NCBI GenBank assembly: GCA_937889515.1
Contig: CALAOV010000342.1
Span: 3,993 to 67,992 of the forward strand
Length of the DNA: 64,000 nucleotides
Reading direction: 5' to 3'
DNA from: an uncultured Myxococcales bacterium
GTDB taxonomy: Bacteria > Myxococcota_A > Polyangia > Fen-1088
Shown here: positions 1 to 8,270 of the stretch, in pieces
Position numbering within the stretch: the stretch's first letter is position 1
Layout: every line of letters starts with the position of its first letter
The notes under the pieces: generated by a model
What the model was told of the DNA's origin: nothing
Database searches by the model: none
The model's input: only the letters and a program-made list of their open reading frames with translations
Made by a program: the position numbers and the translations under genes

Positions 1-38
1 TCGCGGGTGGAGACGGATCCCCCTGACGACGCGCTATC

Positions 39-512
39 TCAGGATGCGTGGCCCTCGCCCCGCGGCGTGGCTCGAAAGACCTCGCCGGGGTCGAGGCCCA
101 GTTTTTTGACCGTCAGATCGTCGGGCATCCCGGTCGCGGGCAGATTGTTTGCGCGCTGGAACGCCCTCAGCGCCTTGCGCGTCGGATCGTCGAGCTTGCC
201 CGACCGGTCGTCCTTCGCCAGGTCCCCCCTCGAAGCCAGCTTCCCTTGAATGGCTTCGACCGCCTCCGGTTTTAGCAGGCCCACCGGCGACGTCGCGAGC
301 GGCGGGGCGCCCGCGCGCGCGTCGGACTTGAGCGTCACGACCGTGGGGTGGTCGGCTCGGGTCGGGCCTTTGTCTTTGGCGGGTGGATCCTCTTTCTTGG
401 CGGCCGGCGCCGCGCCGGTATCGCTGGCCGTGTGGGTATGACCGCAGCCGAGCACACCACTTCCCAGCAGGGAGGCCGTCAGCAACGTCAAGAGCGCGCG
501 GGTCCACGTCAT
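39..512 (-). CDS. Secreted/lipoprotein with a peptidoglycan-binding domain (PG_binding_1-like)
   Basis: N-terminal signal peptide MTWTRALLTLLTASLLGSGVLGC followed by Cys. The C-terminal motif DDPTRKALRAFQRANNLPATGMPDDLTVKKLGL is typical of PG_binding_1 domains. Its ATG overlaps the stop of the upstream gene (ATGA at 509-512). Confidence 0.6.
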   Translation of the reverse strand: MTWTRALLTLLTASLLGSGVLGCGHTHTASDTGAAPAAKKEDPPAKDKGPTRADHPTVVTLKSDARAGAPPLATSPVGLLKPEAVEAIQGKLASRGDLAKDDRSGKLDDPTRKALRAFQRANNLPATGMPDDLTVKKLGLDPGEVFRATPRGEGHAS

Positions 513-1678
513 GACTTGCTCGGCTGCGCCTTGGGCGGACCCTGGTCCTTCTTCACCGCGTTCTTGGCCTGTTCGAGGACTCCCTCTTTCTTCTCCGCGG
601 TCGGCGGAGGCAAGTTCTCGAAGCCCGAGGCCAACCCTTGCACGAAGGCGTTGCGCATGACCCCCAAGATGGTCGGCCAGAGTTGAACGTCCGGGTCGGT
701 CAGCTTTCCCTTGAGGGGGATGGTGGTGGCCACCGCGTTTCGATCGGGCACCCGATCGGACGCCATTCGAACGGTCTTGTCCGCCAACCAGGCCTTCATC
801 CGATCCCAGACGCCTGCGTCGGTCGGTCGTATCTCGATGTTTTTCAGGACCGGCTTGACGCCGCCCGAGAGCATGCCGTCCTTGGACACGAACTCGGCGA
901 AGACATCGATCGTCCCTTTGCCGGCCTGCAGATGCGTCTTCGGCTCGATGAACTCGTACAGCTCGCCTGCCCTCAACCCTTTTTCAGAGAGCTGACCCGC
1001 GAAGCTCAAGGGACTGGCGAATGGATCGGCCGAGACGAAGAGGTCCAGATCCCCGCTGCGTCCGAGGACCCCGTGCGCGCTCACGCTGGCCGGTCTTCCA
1101 TTGGCCAGACCGGGACGGGTCGCCAGATTCTGGGCGACCAGCTCGAGGCGATGCACCCAGAGCTGCGCCTCCCGCGGGCCCGCCCCTTCGCGAAATAGAA
1201 TCTCGCCGCCCAGGATCTCGATTCGATCGACCTTGAGCGCGGTGACCTTCTGCAGCTGCTCGCTCAGGTCCGGGGCTTTCGTCGATCCGGATGCGGTTTT
1301 TTTCTGGGTGATGATGATCTTCGGATTGACCAGCCGAAGGCCGGCCATCAAACGGAGATGCAAGAGCTCCCGCCAGCTGATTCCAAGATGCGCATGCTCG
1401 ACGTAGACCAGCGGATCTCGATCGGCGACGTCGCTCTTGTCGCCGCCCGCGGGCACCTCGATCAGCTTCAGGTGGTTGATGTCGTAGCCCGGGCTGAAGA
1501 GCGTGACGTGTACGCTCTTGAAGTCCCCGCGGAACCCCTCCATTTGATCGAGTGCCTTGCGGGTTTCGTGCGTCGCCAGCGGATCCAAGATCAGGCGAAT
1601 GACGATCGTGAGACAGACGACGATGCCCAGCGTCACCAGCGGGATCAGGATGCCCTTCGGCATTTTGTGTTTGAGCAC
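509..1678 (-). CDS. Membrane-anchored protein, DUF748/AsmA-like (hypothetical)
   Basis: N-terminal TM helix GILIPLVTLGIVVCLTIVI followed by ...FRGDFKSVHVTLFSPGYDINHLKLIEVPAGG, which resembles DUF748-type proteins. The GTG start lies 1 nt after the kinase stop; an internal ATG (MPKG) is an alternative start. Confidence 0.5.
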   Translation of the reverse strand: MLKHKMPKGILIPLVTLGIVVCLTIVIRLILDPLATHETRKALDQMEGFRGDFKSVHVTLFSPGYDINHLKLIEVPAGGDKSDVADRDPLVYVEHAHLGISWRELLHLRLMAGLRLVNPKIIITQKKTASGSTKAPDLSEQLQKVTALKVDRIEILGGEILFREGAGPREAQLWVHRLELVAQNLATRPGLANGRPASVSAHGVLGRSGDLDLFVSADPFASPLSFAGQLSEKGLRAGELYEFIEPKTHLQAGKGTIDVFAEFVSKDGMLSGGVKPVLKNIEIRPTDAGVWDRMKAWLADKTVRMASDRVPDRNAVATTIPLKGKLTDPDVQLWPTILGVMRNAFVQGLASGFENLPPPTAEKKEGVLEQAKNAVKKDQGPPKAQPSKS

Positions 1679-1679
1679 G

Positions 1680-2987
1680 CTAGGGACTCGTTCCGAGCGA
1701 AAGGTAGGCTCTCGCGTCCTGTGAGGCCTTCGAGATCAGGCGATGGCTGCGCAACGCGCCGCGGTTGGCGCGGACAGCCGCGATGCTTCTCAAGGTGTTC
1801 CAGCCGGCGCTGGCGCGGGTCCGGATCGTCGGAGCGCCCACCGCTGTAAGGTAAGCGCCGAACATCAGCACCATCAGAGCCATGGCCGCCAACCCGACCC
1901 GCGCCCCACGCCGCCGCGGTACCTCCAGAACGGCTTCGAGGGGCACCTCGGCGTGCTTCAGCGAGGCGTCCGGCGAGCTCTTCTTCTTGATCCGGAGCTG
2001 TATCGGCAGGAGGCCCTCTTCGACGAGGGCCCGATCAAGCGCCTCCGAGTAGGCCAGGATCGAGGGGTAGCGGTCCTCAGGCGACTTTGCCATGGCGCGG
2101 AACAAGACGGCCTCGAGCGCCCGGTATTTCCCGTCGTCCGTCAACGCCAAGGGATACTGGTTCGCGACACAGTGAAGAAACTCGACCGGGGTCGTCGCGG
2201 TCCAGGGCAGGCGGGCCGACATCAGTAGATAGGTGATGACCGCCAGCGCGAACTGGTCCGAAGGCGCTTCGACGTCTTCGTGCCGACCCTCCGCCTGCTC
2301 CGGCGACATGAACTCCGGGGTTCCCATGACCATGCCTTTGCTGGTCACGTGGTTGAGGTTCCGCGCCTTGCAGATCCCGAAGTCGATGACCTTTATGAGC
2401 GGGGCCCGGCCGGCGCGGGGAACGACCATGAGGTTCTCCGGCTTCAAGTCGCGGTGCACGATCCCCAACTTGTGCGCGGCATCCAGCGCAGACGCCACCT
2501 GCCGAACGATCTCCGACACCTCCGCTACCGAAAACGTCTTTGTCGTCAGGACCTCGGCCAGATTCTCCCCAGGCAGGTACTCCATCACCAGGTAGGGCCG
2601 CCCATCGGTCGTGAAATTGAAGTCGAGGAGGCGGATGACGTTGGGATGGTGGATGCTGGCCATCACCATCGCCTCGGTGCGGAATCGCGCCGTCGCTTCC
2701 TCGTTGTTGACGACTATATCCGGGCTCAACACCTTCACCACCACTTCGCCGGGCATCTGTGGGTGCGTCGCGACGTGAACATCCCCCATACCCCCGCGGC
2801 CGAGGCACCGGCCGAGTAGATAGGCGCCGCCCAACAGCGTGCCGGGCGCCAGCTGGTGCGCCTCGGGCTTTGCGATCGGGTGCGGGGTGCTCGCGACGCG
2901 AGCGAAAAGAGGGGATGGGACCGACATGGTGCCGAGATCCCTCTCAAGTTCCGTGCCATCGCTGGTGTGGAGACTGGACCTGCCCAC
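1680..2987 (-). CDS. Hanks-type Ser/Thr protein kinase with C-terminal TM segment
   Basis: Gly-rich loop LGRGGMGDVH, VVVKVL lysine, catalytic loop IVHRDLKPENLMV, DFG (IDFGICKA) and APE-like GTPEFMSPEQ. A C-terminal hydrophobic stretch LAAMALMVLMFGAYLTAV is present. The start may be the internal Met (MSVPSPLF). Confidence 0.9.
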   Translation of the reverse strand: MGRSSLHTSDGTELERDLGTMSVPSPLFARVASTPHPIAKPEAHQLAPGTLLGGAYLLGRCLGRGGMGDVHVATHPQMPGEVVVKVLSPDIVVNNEEATARFRTEAMVMASIHHPNVIRLLDFNFTTDGRPYLVMEYLPGENLAEVLTTKTFSVAEVSEIVRQVASALDAAHKLGIVHRDLKPENLMVVPRAGRAPLIKVIDFGICKARNLNHVTSKGMVMGTPEFMSPEQAEGRHEDVEAPSDQFALAVITYLLMSARLPWTATTPVEFLHCVANQYPLALTDDGKYRALEAVLFRAMAKSPEDRYPSILAYSEALDRALVEEGLLPIQLRIKKKSSPDASLKHAEVPLEAVLEVPRRRGARVGLAAMALMVLMFGAYLTAVGAPTIRTRASAGWNTLRSIAAVRANRGALRSHRLISKASQDARAYLSLGTSP

Positions 2988-3134
2988 CGCCCCTCAACTC
3001 GTGCATTCACTTGGCGTGCGGCGCGTCGACCTGGGCCGCGCGGTCACCTCCAGGTAACAGCTCCGCTTGGCGTGTCACGAGTGGGTGGGGACGGTAACGT
3101 TCCGCATCCTGGATATTGGCGAGGGACCCGCGAC

Positions 3135-3147
3135 TCTTGATTCAAGA
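3135..3147. promoter_or_regulatory. 13-bp palindrome TCTTGAtTCAAGA in the divergent promoter region
   Basis: Perfect 6-bp inverted arms around one central base, about 60 bp upstream of the small-gene start at 3206 and about 150 bp from the divergent kinase start at 2987. Confidence 0.3.
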
Positions 3148-3205
3148 AAACCCGGACCTAGGTTGCCGGCTGTAGCTGTCTTGATCACACAACCAAGGAG
3201 ACCAC

Positions 3206-3412
3206 ATGAAGCTCGCCCGTATTTTCGTCATGGCCCTGGCCGTCCTGCTCCCCGCCTCTTGGACCGTCGCGAAGGCCGCCGACGGCGACTCCGACACCAA
3301 GACTGAGACGAAGACCTCGAAGAAGGTGAAGAAGAGCAAGAAGACCGACGGGAGTGGCGAGACGAAGACCAAGACCGAGACCGAGACCGACACCAAAACG
3401 GACAAGAAGTAA
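3206..3412 (+). CDS. Small secreted low-complexity protein with (Thr-X)n / K-T-E-D repeats
   Basis: Good SD (AAGGAGACCAC-ATG). Signal peptide MKLARIFVMALAVLLPASWTVAKA|AD. The mature part is almost entirely TKTETKT...ETKTKTETETDTKTDKK, encoded by about 6 tandem RAGACS hexamers (3359-3400). An intrinsic terminator follows. Confidence 0.6.
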   Translation: MKLARIFVMALAVLLPASWTVAKAADGDSDTKTETKTSKKVKKSKKTDGSGETKTKTETETDTKTDKK

Positions 3413-3444
3413 GACCGACAAGCAGTAAGACCGACAAGCAGTAA
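3397..3444 (+). repeat. 3 x 16-bp direct repeat (GACMGACAAGMAGTAA) spanning the stop codon
   Basis: aacggacaagaagtaa / gaccgacaagcagtaa / gaccgacaagcagtaa. The first copy encodes the C-terminal TDKK*; copies 2 and 3 lie in the 3'UTR and each carries a TAA. Confidence 0.7.
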
Positions 3445-3450
3445 CTCCAG

Positions 3451-3488
3451 GGCCGGGCCCGACCTCGTGTCGGCCCGGCCCTTTTCTT
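3451..3488 (+). terminator. Rho-independent terminator
   Basis: GGCCGGGCCCGAC-ctcgt-GTCGGCCCGGCC GC-rich hairpin followed by CTTTTCTT. Confidence 0.65.
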
Positions 3489-3501
3489 CGACGCCGGGCC
3501 T

Positions 3502-5439
3502 TCACACCCGCAACATCGGACCGAGCAAGACAGCCGCGAAACCCGGCAGGCGCCAACCGCGATCCTCGGATTCGGGCTCGGCGCACCCGCAGCCGCCGTA
3601 TCGGGGATCCTCGCTCGACCAGAGCATCCGCCAGGCGGTGTGGCCAGGCTCGGCGGGCGGCGACAGGAGCGGCTCGGCGGGACACGGAAGGTCCAGATCC
3701 GCGCCCAGATTCACCACCAGCAGGCGATCTTCCGAGTGAGCCCCGGCGGCCGGTCCGTCGACGAAATAGCGCAAAATCCCGCAGGTCGGTGTCAAGGAAG
3801 CGACCTCCAGCGAGACGCCGGCGCGGCCGTATCCCCCCACGGTCGAGTCGGAGCGACGGAGCGCCAGGAGATCGCGATGAAGCTGCAGCGGGCGCTGGTG
3901 CGCCGGCAGCTCCCGTTCTTCCCAGTGCAAGCGGCTGGCCTCGAAGAGCTCCGGCGAGGCGGGGTCCGGCAAGAAATCCCGATCGGCCGCCGCGATCCCT
4001 TGGAACTGCGACATGAAGTCCAGCCGCCCCTGGCGAACCAGCTTGGCCAGCTCCGGCTTCTGATCGGCAAAGTAGTGAAACGGCGACGAGGCGTTCCATT
4101 CTTGCCCCTGAAACAGGAGCGGCGTCCAGGGGCCGAGGCACAGCAGCGCGGTCATGGCCCGATGGCACCCGGGGCTGCTCTCTTGCCAGACCCGCTTGCC
4201 CCAGAGCGAGTTGGCCACCTGATCGTGATTCTCCAGGAACCCGATGAAGGCGGCCGGCGGCAACCCGCGCGTCGAACGACCGCGGCGCATCTTCTGCCAG
4301 GCCGAGCGCTGGCCCTGAAAGATGAACCCGTGCTTGGCGGTCGCCAGCCATTCGTTGGCCGTTCCAAAGTAGTCGCCGTAATAGGCCTGGCGGCGACCGG
4401 TCAGCGCGACCAGCGCGCTGTGGTGAAAGTCGTCGTTCCAGAGCGCGTCGAGGCCATGGCCCCCGACCTCGGGCGAGCGCAGGAAGGTGGTGTCCTGAGG
4501 TCCGTTCTCGCCGATGATCAGCAGGCGGCGACCGCCCGCGACCGCGCGCGCCCGCCGGGTGAGGGCCGCCGCGATGTGCTCGGGAGACTTGTCGTGAAGA
4601 TTCTGGGTCGCATCCAGCCGCAGCCCATCCAGGTGGAACTCGTCGATCCAATAGGCGGCGTTGTCCATGACCAGCGTCCGCACCGGCGCGCAGCTCTCGC
4701 CGTCGAAATTGAGGGCCCGGCCCCACTCGGTGGCCTGCTCCGAACAGTAGTGGGGCGAGACTTTCTCGAGGTAGTTCCCGTCCGCGCCGAAATGGTTGTA
4801 GACGACGTCGAGGATCACCCCCAACCCCAGCGCGTGGGCTTGGTCGACGAAACGCCGGAAATCGTCGGGCGTTCCATAGAGGCGGGTGGGCGCAAACCAG
4901 GCCACGCCGTCGTAGCCCCAACCGTAGCGACCGGCAAACTCGGCCACCGGCATCAGCTCGATGACGGTCGCGCCCAGCTCCTTGAGGGCGGGCAACCTGG
5001 CGGTCGCCCCGGCCCAGTTTCCCTCCGGGCTGAAGGTCCCGACGTGCAGCTCGTAGATGACCTCGCCGTGCAGCGGCAGCCCGGTCCAGGCCAGATCGGT
5101 CCAGACGAACGTCCGCGGATCGACGATCTCCGACGGGCCGTGGGGCCCGTCGGGCAGAAATCGGGAGACCGGATCGGGGAACCCCTCCCCCTCGCCGTCG
5201 AGTCGATATTTGTATCGGGTGCCCGCGCCGATGCCGTCGATCAGGGTCGACCAATATCCGTCGCCCTCCGGGCTCAAGGAACGGACCTTGGCGTCGTTGC
5301 CGAGCAGGAGCTCGACCCGGCGGTGGCCCGGCGCCCACACGCGAAAGTCGACGCCGCTCGAGACCACCTCGGCCCCCTGGGCCAACCGACGCGACCGAGC
5401 TTGCCCCGTCGCGCCGGATTTCGTCGCGCCGGATCTCAC
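3502..5439 (-). CDS. treZ: Malto-oligosyltrehalose trehalohydrolase (GH13)
   Basis: FRVWAPGHRRVELLL, YELHVGTFSPEGNWAGATARLPALKELGATVIELMPV and GVILDVVYNHFG are TreZ signatures. The long N-terminal extension in the ORF track is a frame artefact. The likely start is the GTG at 5439 overlapping the treY stop (GTGA). Confidence 0.85.
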   Translation of the reverse strand: MRSGATKSGATGQARSRRLAQGAEVVSSGVDFRVWAPGHRRVELLLGNDAKVRSLSPEGDGYWSTLIDGIGAGTRYKYRLDGEGEGFPDPVSRFLPDGPHGPSEIVDPRTFVWTDLAWTGLPLHGEVIYELHVGTFSPEGNWAGATARLPALKELGATVIELMPVAEFAGRYGWGYDGVAWFAPTRLYGTPDDFRRFVDQAHALGLGVILDVVYNHFGADGNYLEKVSPHYCSEQATEWGRALNFDGESCAPVRTLVMDNAAYWIDEFHLDGLRLDATQNLHDKSPEHIAAALTRRARAVAGGRRLLIIGENGPQDTTFLRSPEVGGHGLDALWNDDFHHSALVALTGRRQAYYGDYFGTANEWLATAKHGFIFQGQRSAWQKMRRGRSTRGLPPAAFIGFLENHDQVANSLWGKRVWQESSPGCHRAMTALLCLGPWTPLLFQGQEWNASSPFHYFADQKPELAKLVRQGRLDFMSQFQGIAAADRDFLPDPASPELFEASRLHWEERELPAHQRPLQLHRDLLALRRSDSTVGGYGRAGVSLEVASLTPTCGILRYFVDGPAAGAHSEDRLLVVNLGADLDLPCPAEPLLSPPAEPGHTAWRMLWSSEDPRYGGCGCAEPESEDRGWRLPGFAAVLLGPMLRV

Positions 5440-8270
5440 GAGACCGTCTCCAACAGAGCGACGGGCAGATGTTCGAAGACGGACGCCAGCGGCAACCCAT
5501 CGCTGCCCGCGGGCCAGAGGCGTCCCGTCAGGCCGTCGCGGAACCGCCGGCCCGACAGCTCGGGTGGAAGCGCGATGCGCGTGTCGCCCCAGGCCTGACC
5601 GATCGGCGAAGCCGCGCCCAGGGTCGCAAAGAATCGGCCCGCGATCGCCAGCACCGCTTGGTCGCCGTCGGTGCGGGCGAAGGCAAACACATGTTCGGCC
5701 GCCGTCCCCTGGGCCGCCAGCGGCTGGTACGCCCCCCGTTCGAACAGGACGCGGCGGGCCCGGCGGAGCCGCAAGGCCGCCGCGGTGACCCACAGCTTGA
5801 TCCGGCCGTCGGCGGGCGCCGCGAACCAGCCCGCGATCGGCTCGGCGCCCCTGCCCTCCACCTCGCCCAGCATGGCGCGGAGCCAATCGTGGCGTCGGCC
5901 GAAATCGACCAGTCGGCGGTTGTCGGGATCGACCAGCGAGAAGTCCCACAACTCTGTCCCCTGGAAGAAATCGGGTATCCCCGGCGCGGCGATCTTGAGG
6001 ATCACCTGCGACAAGCTGGTACACAGGCCGGCCGGAACAAGGGCCCGCGCGAAGTCTTCGACGCTTTTCAAGAAGACGCCGCTCCGCAGCGGATCGAGAG
6101 CCGCATTCACGAACGCTTCCGCGGCGGCGTCATACGCCGGATCCGGGTTGATCCAACTGGTGCGCACCTTGGCCTCGTGTCGCGCCTTGGTCATGTAGGC
6201 GCGCACCCGATCGGCGAAATCCGGCTCGCTCTCCCAGCCCCCAAGGGGCCAGGCGCCGACCAGCGTTTGATAGAATAGATACTCCTCGGCGCTGTCGGGA
6301 GCCGCCAGGCCGTCGACGTCGGTCCGGTGCTCCCCGTTCAGCGTCGACCAGTGGGTGGCCGCTTTCGCCCACCCCTGCGCGATCTCCGACAGCAGGTAGA
6401 GTCGCGCCCGCAGATCCTCGCCGCGCTTGGTGTCGTGGGTGGCGGTCGCCGACAGCGTGTGGGGCGAACGCGCCTGCCGCGCGTGCAGGCTGCGGTGAAC
6501 ATCCGACGGCGTCCGTCCGGCTCGCCCGGGGTGACACCCGACCTCGTTTTCCGCGACGAGCGGCAGGTAGCGGTAAAAGGCGGTGTCCTCGATCCCCTTG
6601 GCGACGACCGGCCCGGTGAGTTGCTGAAACCGCGTCACCAAGGTCCGTCGCTCCTCGACCTGCGCTGGGTCGAGCTCGGGCGGATCGCGGCAAAGCAGGA
6701 CCGACTCGATAAAATCGAACAGGGAAGCGTTGAGGAGCGGGTTGCGCCGCCGCGCCGCCGCGACGGCGCGCCCGATGACCGCCCGGTCCCCCGCGCTGAC
6801 CTCTCGGTCGTCCCGGCGGATGTAGGTCCTGTACACCGGGAAGGACGCGATGACCTCGCCCAGCGCCGCCTGGAGGTGATTCAAGGTGAAATCTCGCGTG
6901 TACCGATGTTGCTCCGAGACCCGGTCGAGGCGGCGCGCCAGCACCGTCAGCTCCGCCGCCAACGTCGTCTGCAACACGAGGCGCTTGCTCTCCTGCGCCA
7001 CCTCGTCGAACGACGCGGGGCTCCCGAACTCGGCCGCCGTGGCCCGCAGCTGGCGCGCACCGCCCGCCTGAATGAAGAGATCGCCCAGGATGGGGATGAA
7101 GTCGTAGCCGGTGGTTCCATCGGCCAGCCAACCGGGCGGCAGCGTCTCGTCGGGGCCCAGGATCTTCTCCACCACCACGAACGGGCGCGGATCGGCCTGC
7201 CGGCTCAGATTGGCCAGGTACTGCTCCGGATCGGAGAGGCCATCCACGTGGTCGATCCGGAACCCCGTGAAGGCCGGATGGGCGGCGATCTGGAAGGGCA
7301 ACGCATGCACGTTGGCGAAGACCGCCGGATCTTCGACCCGCACGGCCGCCAGATCGTTGATGTCGAAGAAGCGGCGGTAGTTGATCTCGTGCGCCGCCAC
7401 CCGCCAGTTGGCCAGGCGGTAGGATTGCTCGTCCAGCAGCCGTTCGAGGCGATCGAAGCTGCGCGGATCGCCGCGAACGCCGTTCACCTCCTCGACGACC
7501 TTGGCGATCGCGGCCCGGAATGCCTCGCTGCCGTCCGCCAGCGCCGCCAGGCGATGCTTGATGGCCTCTTTCTCGTGGCGGTGCTCTACGAAACGGGTGG
7601 CTCCCGCCCGACGCAGCGGCGCCAGGGTGTGCACCAGCGCGCGCAGGATGCTCTCGAGCTCGATGACCGTCGGATCCTCGCCCGCCAGGCGGGCGCGCAG
7701 CTTTTCCAGCGCCGGTTCGAGGACCAGGCGCCAGCTCTCCGCGCCGAGCGGCAACCGCCTCTGCCCGAAGGCCAGAAAGAAGCGCCCCGCCTCGAACCCG
7801 ATGGCGAGGCCCCCCTCGAGCACCCGCCCGTACTGCTCTTCGAGGAACGGCAGCAACACCTTCCCCACCAGCTCCGGTTTGGGGGGCTCCCAGTCGATGT
7901 CGAAGGTGGCGGCGCACGGCGAATCGCGCCCGTCTTCGAGCACCTCCATCCAGGGACGATTGGCGTCGTCGGCGATGCACATGTGATTCGGGACGACGTC
8001 GAGCAGGATTCCCAGCTCGGCGGCCTGCGCGCCGTCGAGCAATCGCTGCAGCGCCGCGGCATCCCCCAGCTCGGGGTTGAGGCGGGTGTGATCGACGATG
8101 TCGTACCCGTGGATGCTGCCGGGGCGGGCCGCGTAGAGCGGCGACAGATACAGATCGGAGATTCCCAGCAGGCGCAGGTAGGGAATGGCGGCGCCGGCGG
8201 CGGCCAGCGGAAACTCGCGACGGAGCTGGAGCCGATAGGTCGCCGCCGGAATCCGGCCGGGTCGCGGCAT
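5436..8270 (-). CDS. treY: Malto-oligosyltrehalose synthase (GH13)
   Basis: ATYRLQLRREF...LGISDLYLSPLYAARPGSIHGYDIVDHTRLNPELG...LDVVPNHM are TreY signatures. The ATG at 8268-8270 overlaps the glgX stop (TGATG). Confidence 0.9.
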   Translation of the reverse strand: MPRPGRIPAATYRLQLRREFPLAAAGAAIPYLRLLGISDLYLSPLYAARPGSIHGYDIVDHTRLNPELGDAAALQRLLDGAQAAELGILLDVVPNHMCIADDANRPWMEVLEDGRDSPCAATFDIDWEPPKPELVGKVLLPFLEEQYGRVLEGGLAIGFEAGRFFLAFGQRRLPLGAESWRLVLEPALEKLRARLAGEDPTVIELESILRALVHTLAPLRRAGATRFVEHRHEKEAIKHRLAALADGSEAFRAAIAKVVEEVNGVRGDPRSFDRLERLLDEQSYRLANWRVAAHEINYRRFFDINDLAAVRVEDPAVFANVHALPFQIAAHPAFTGFRIDHVDGLSDPEQYLANLSRQADPRPFVVVEKILGPDETLPPGWLADGTTGYDFIPILGDLFIQAGGARQLRATAAEFGSPASFDEVAQESKRLVLQTTLAAELTVLARRLDRVSEQHRYTRDFTLNHLQAALGEVIASFPVYRTYIRRDDREVSAGDRAVIGRAVAAARRRNPLLNASLFDFIESVLLCRDPPELDPAQVEERRTLVTRFQQLTGPVVAKGIEDTAFYRYLPLVAENEVGCHPGRAGRTPSDVHRSLHARQARSPHTLSATATHDTKRGEDLRARLYLLSEIAQGWAKAATHWSTLNGEHRTDVDGLAAPDSAEEYLFYQTLVGAWPLGGWESEPDFADRVRAYMTKARHEAKVRTSWINPDPAYDAAAEAFVNAALDPLRSGVFLKSVEDFARALVPAGLCTSLSQVILKIAAPGIPDFFQGTELWDFSLVDPDNRRLVDFGRRHDWLRAMLGEVEGRGAEPIAGWFAAPADGRIKLWVTAAALRLRRARRVLFERGAYQPLAAQGTAAEHVFAFARTDGDQAVLAIAGRFFATLGAASPIGQAWGDTRIALPPELSGRRFRDGLTGRLWPAGSDGLPLASVFEHLPVALLETVS

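Noticed and set aside
3185-5598. Long ORFs antisense to or offset from treZ (3185..5500 minus strand other frame, 3640..5598 plus strand)
   Set aside because: They overlap a gene identified by strong GH13 TreZ motifs. The translations are Arg/Pro/Gly-rich low-complexity typical of high-GC shadow frames.
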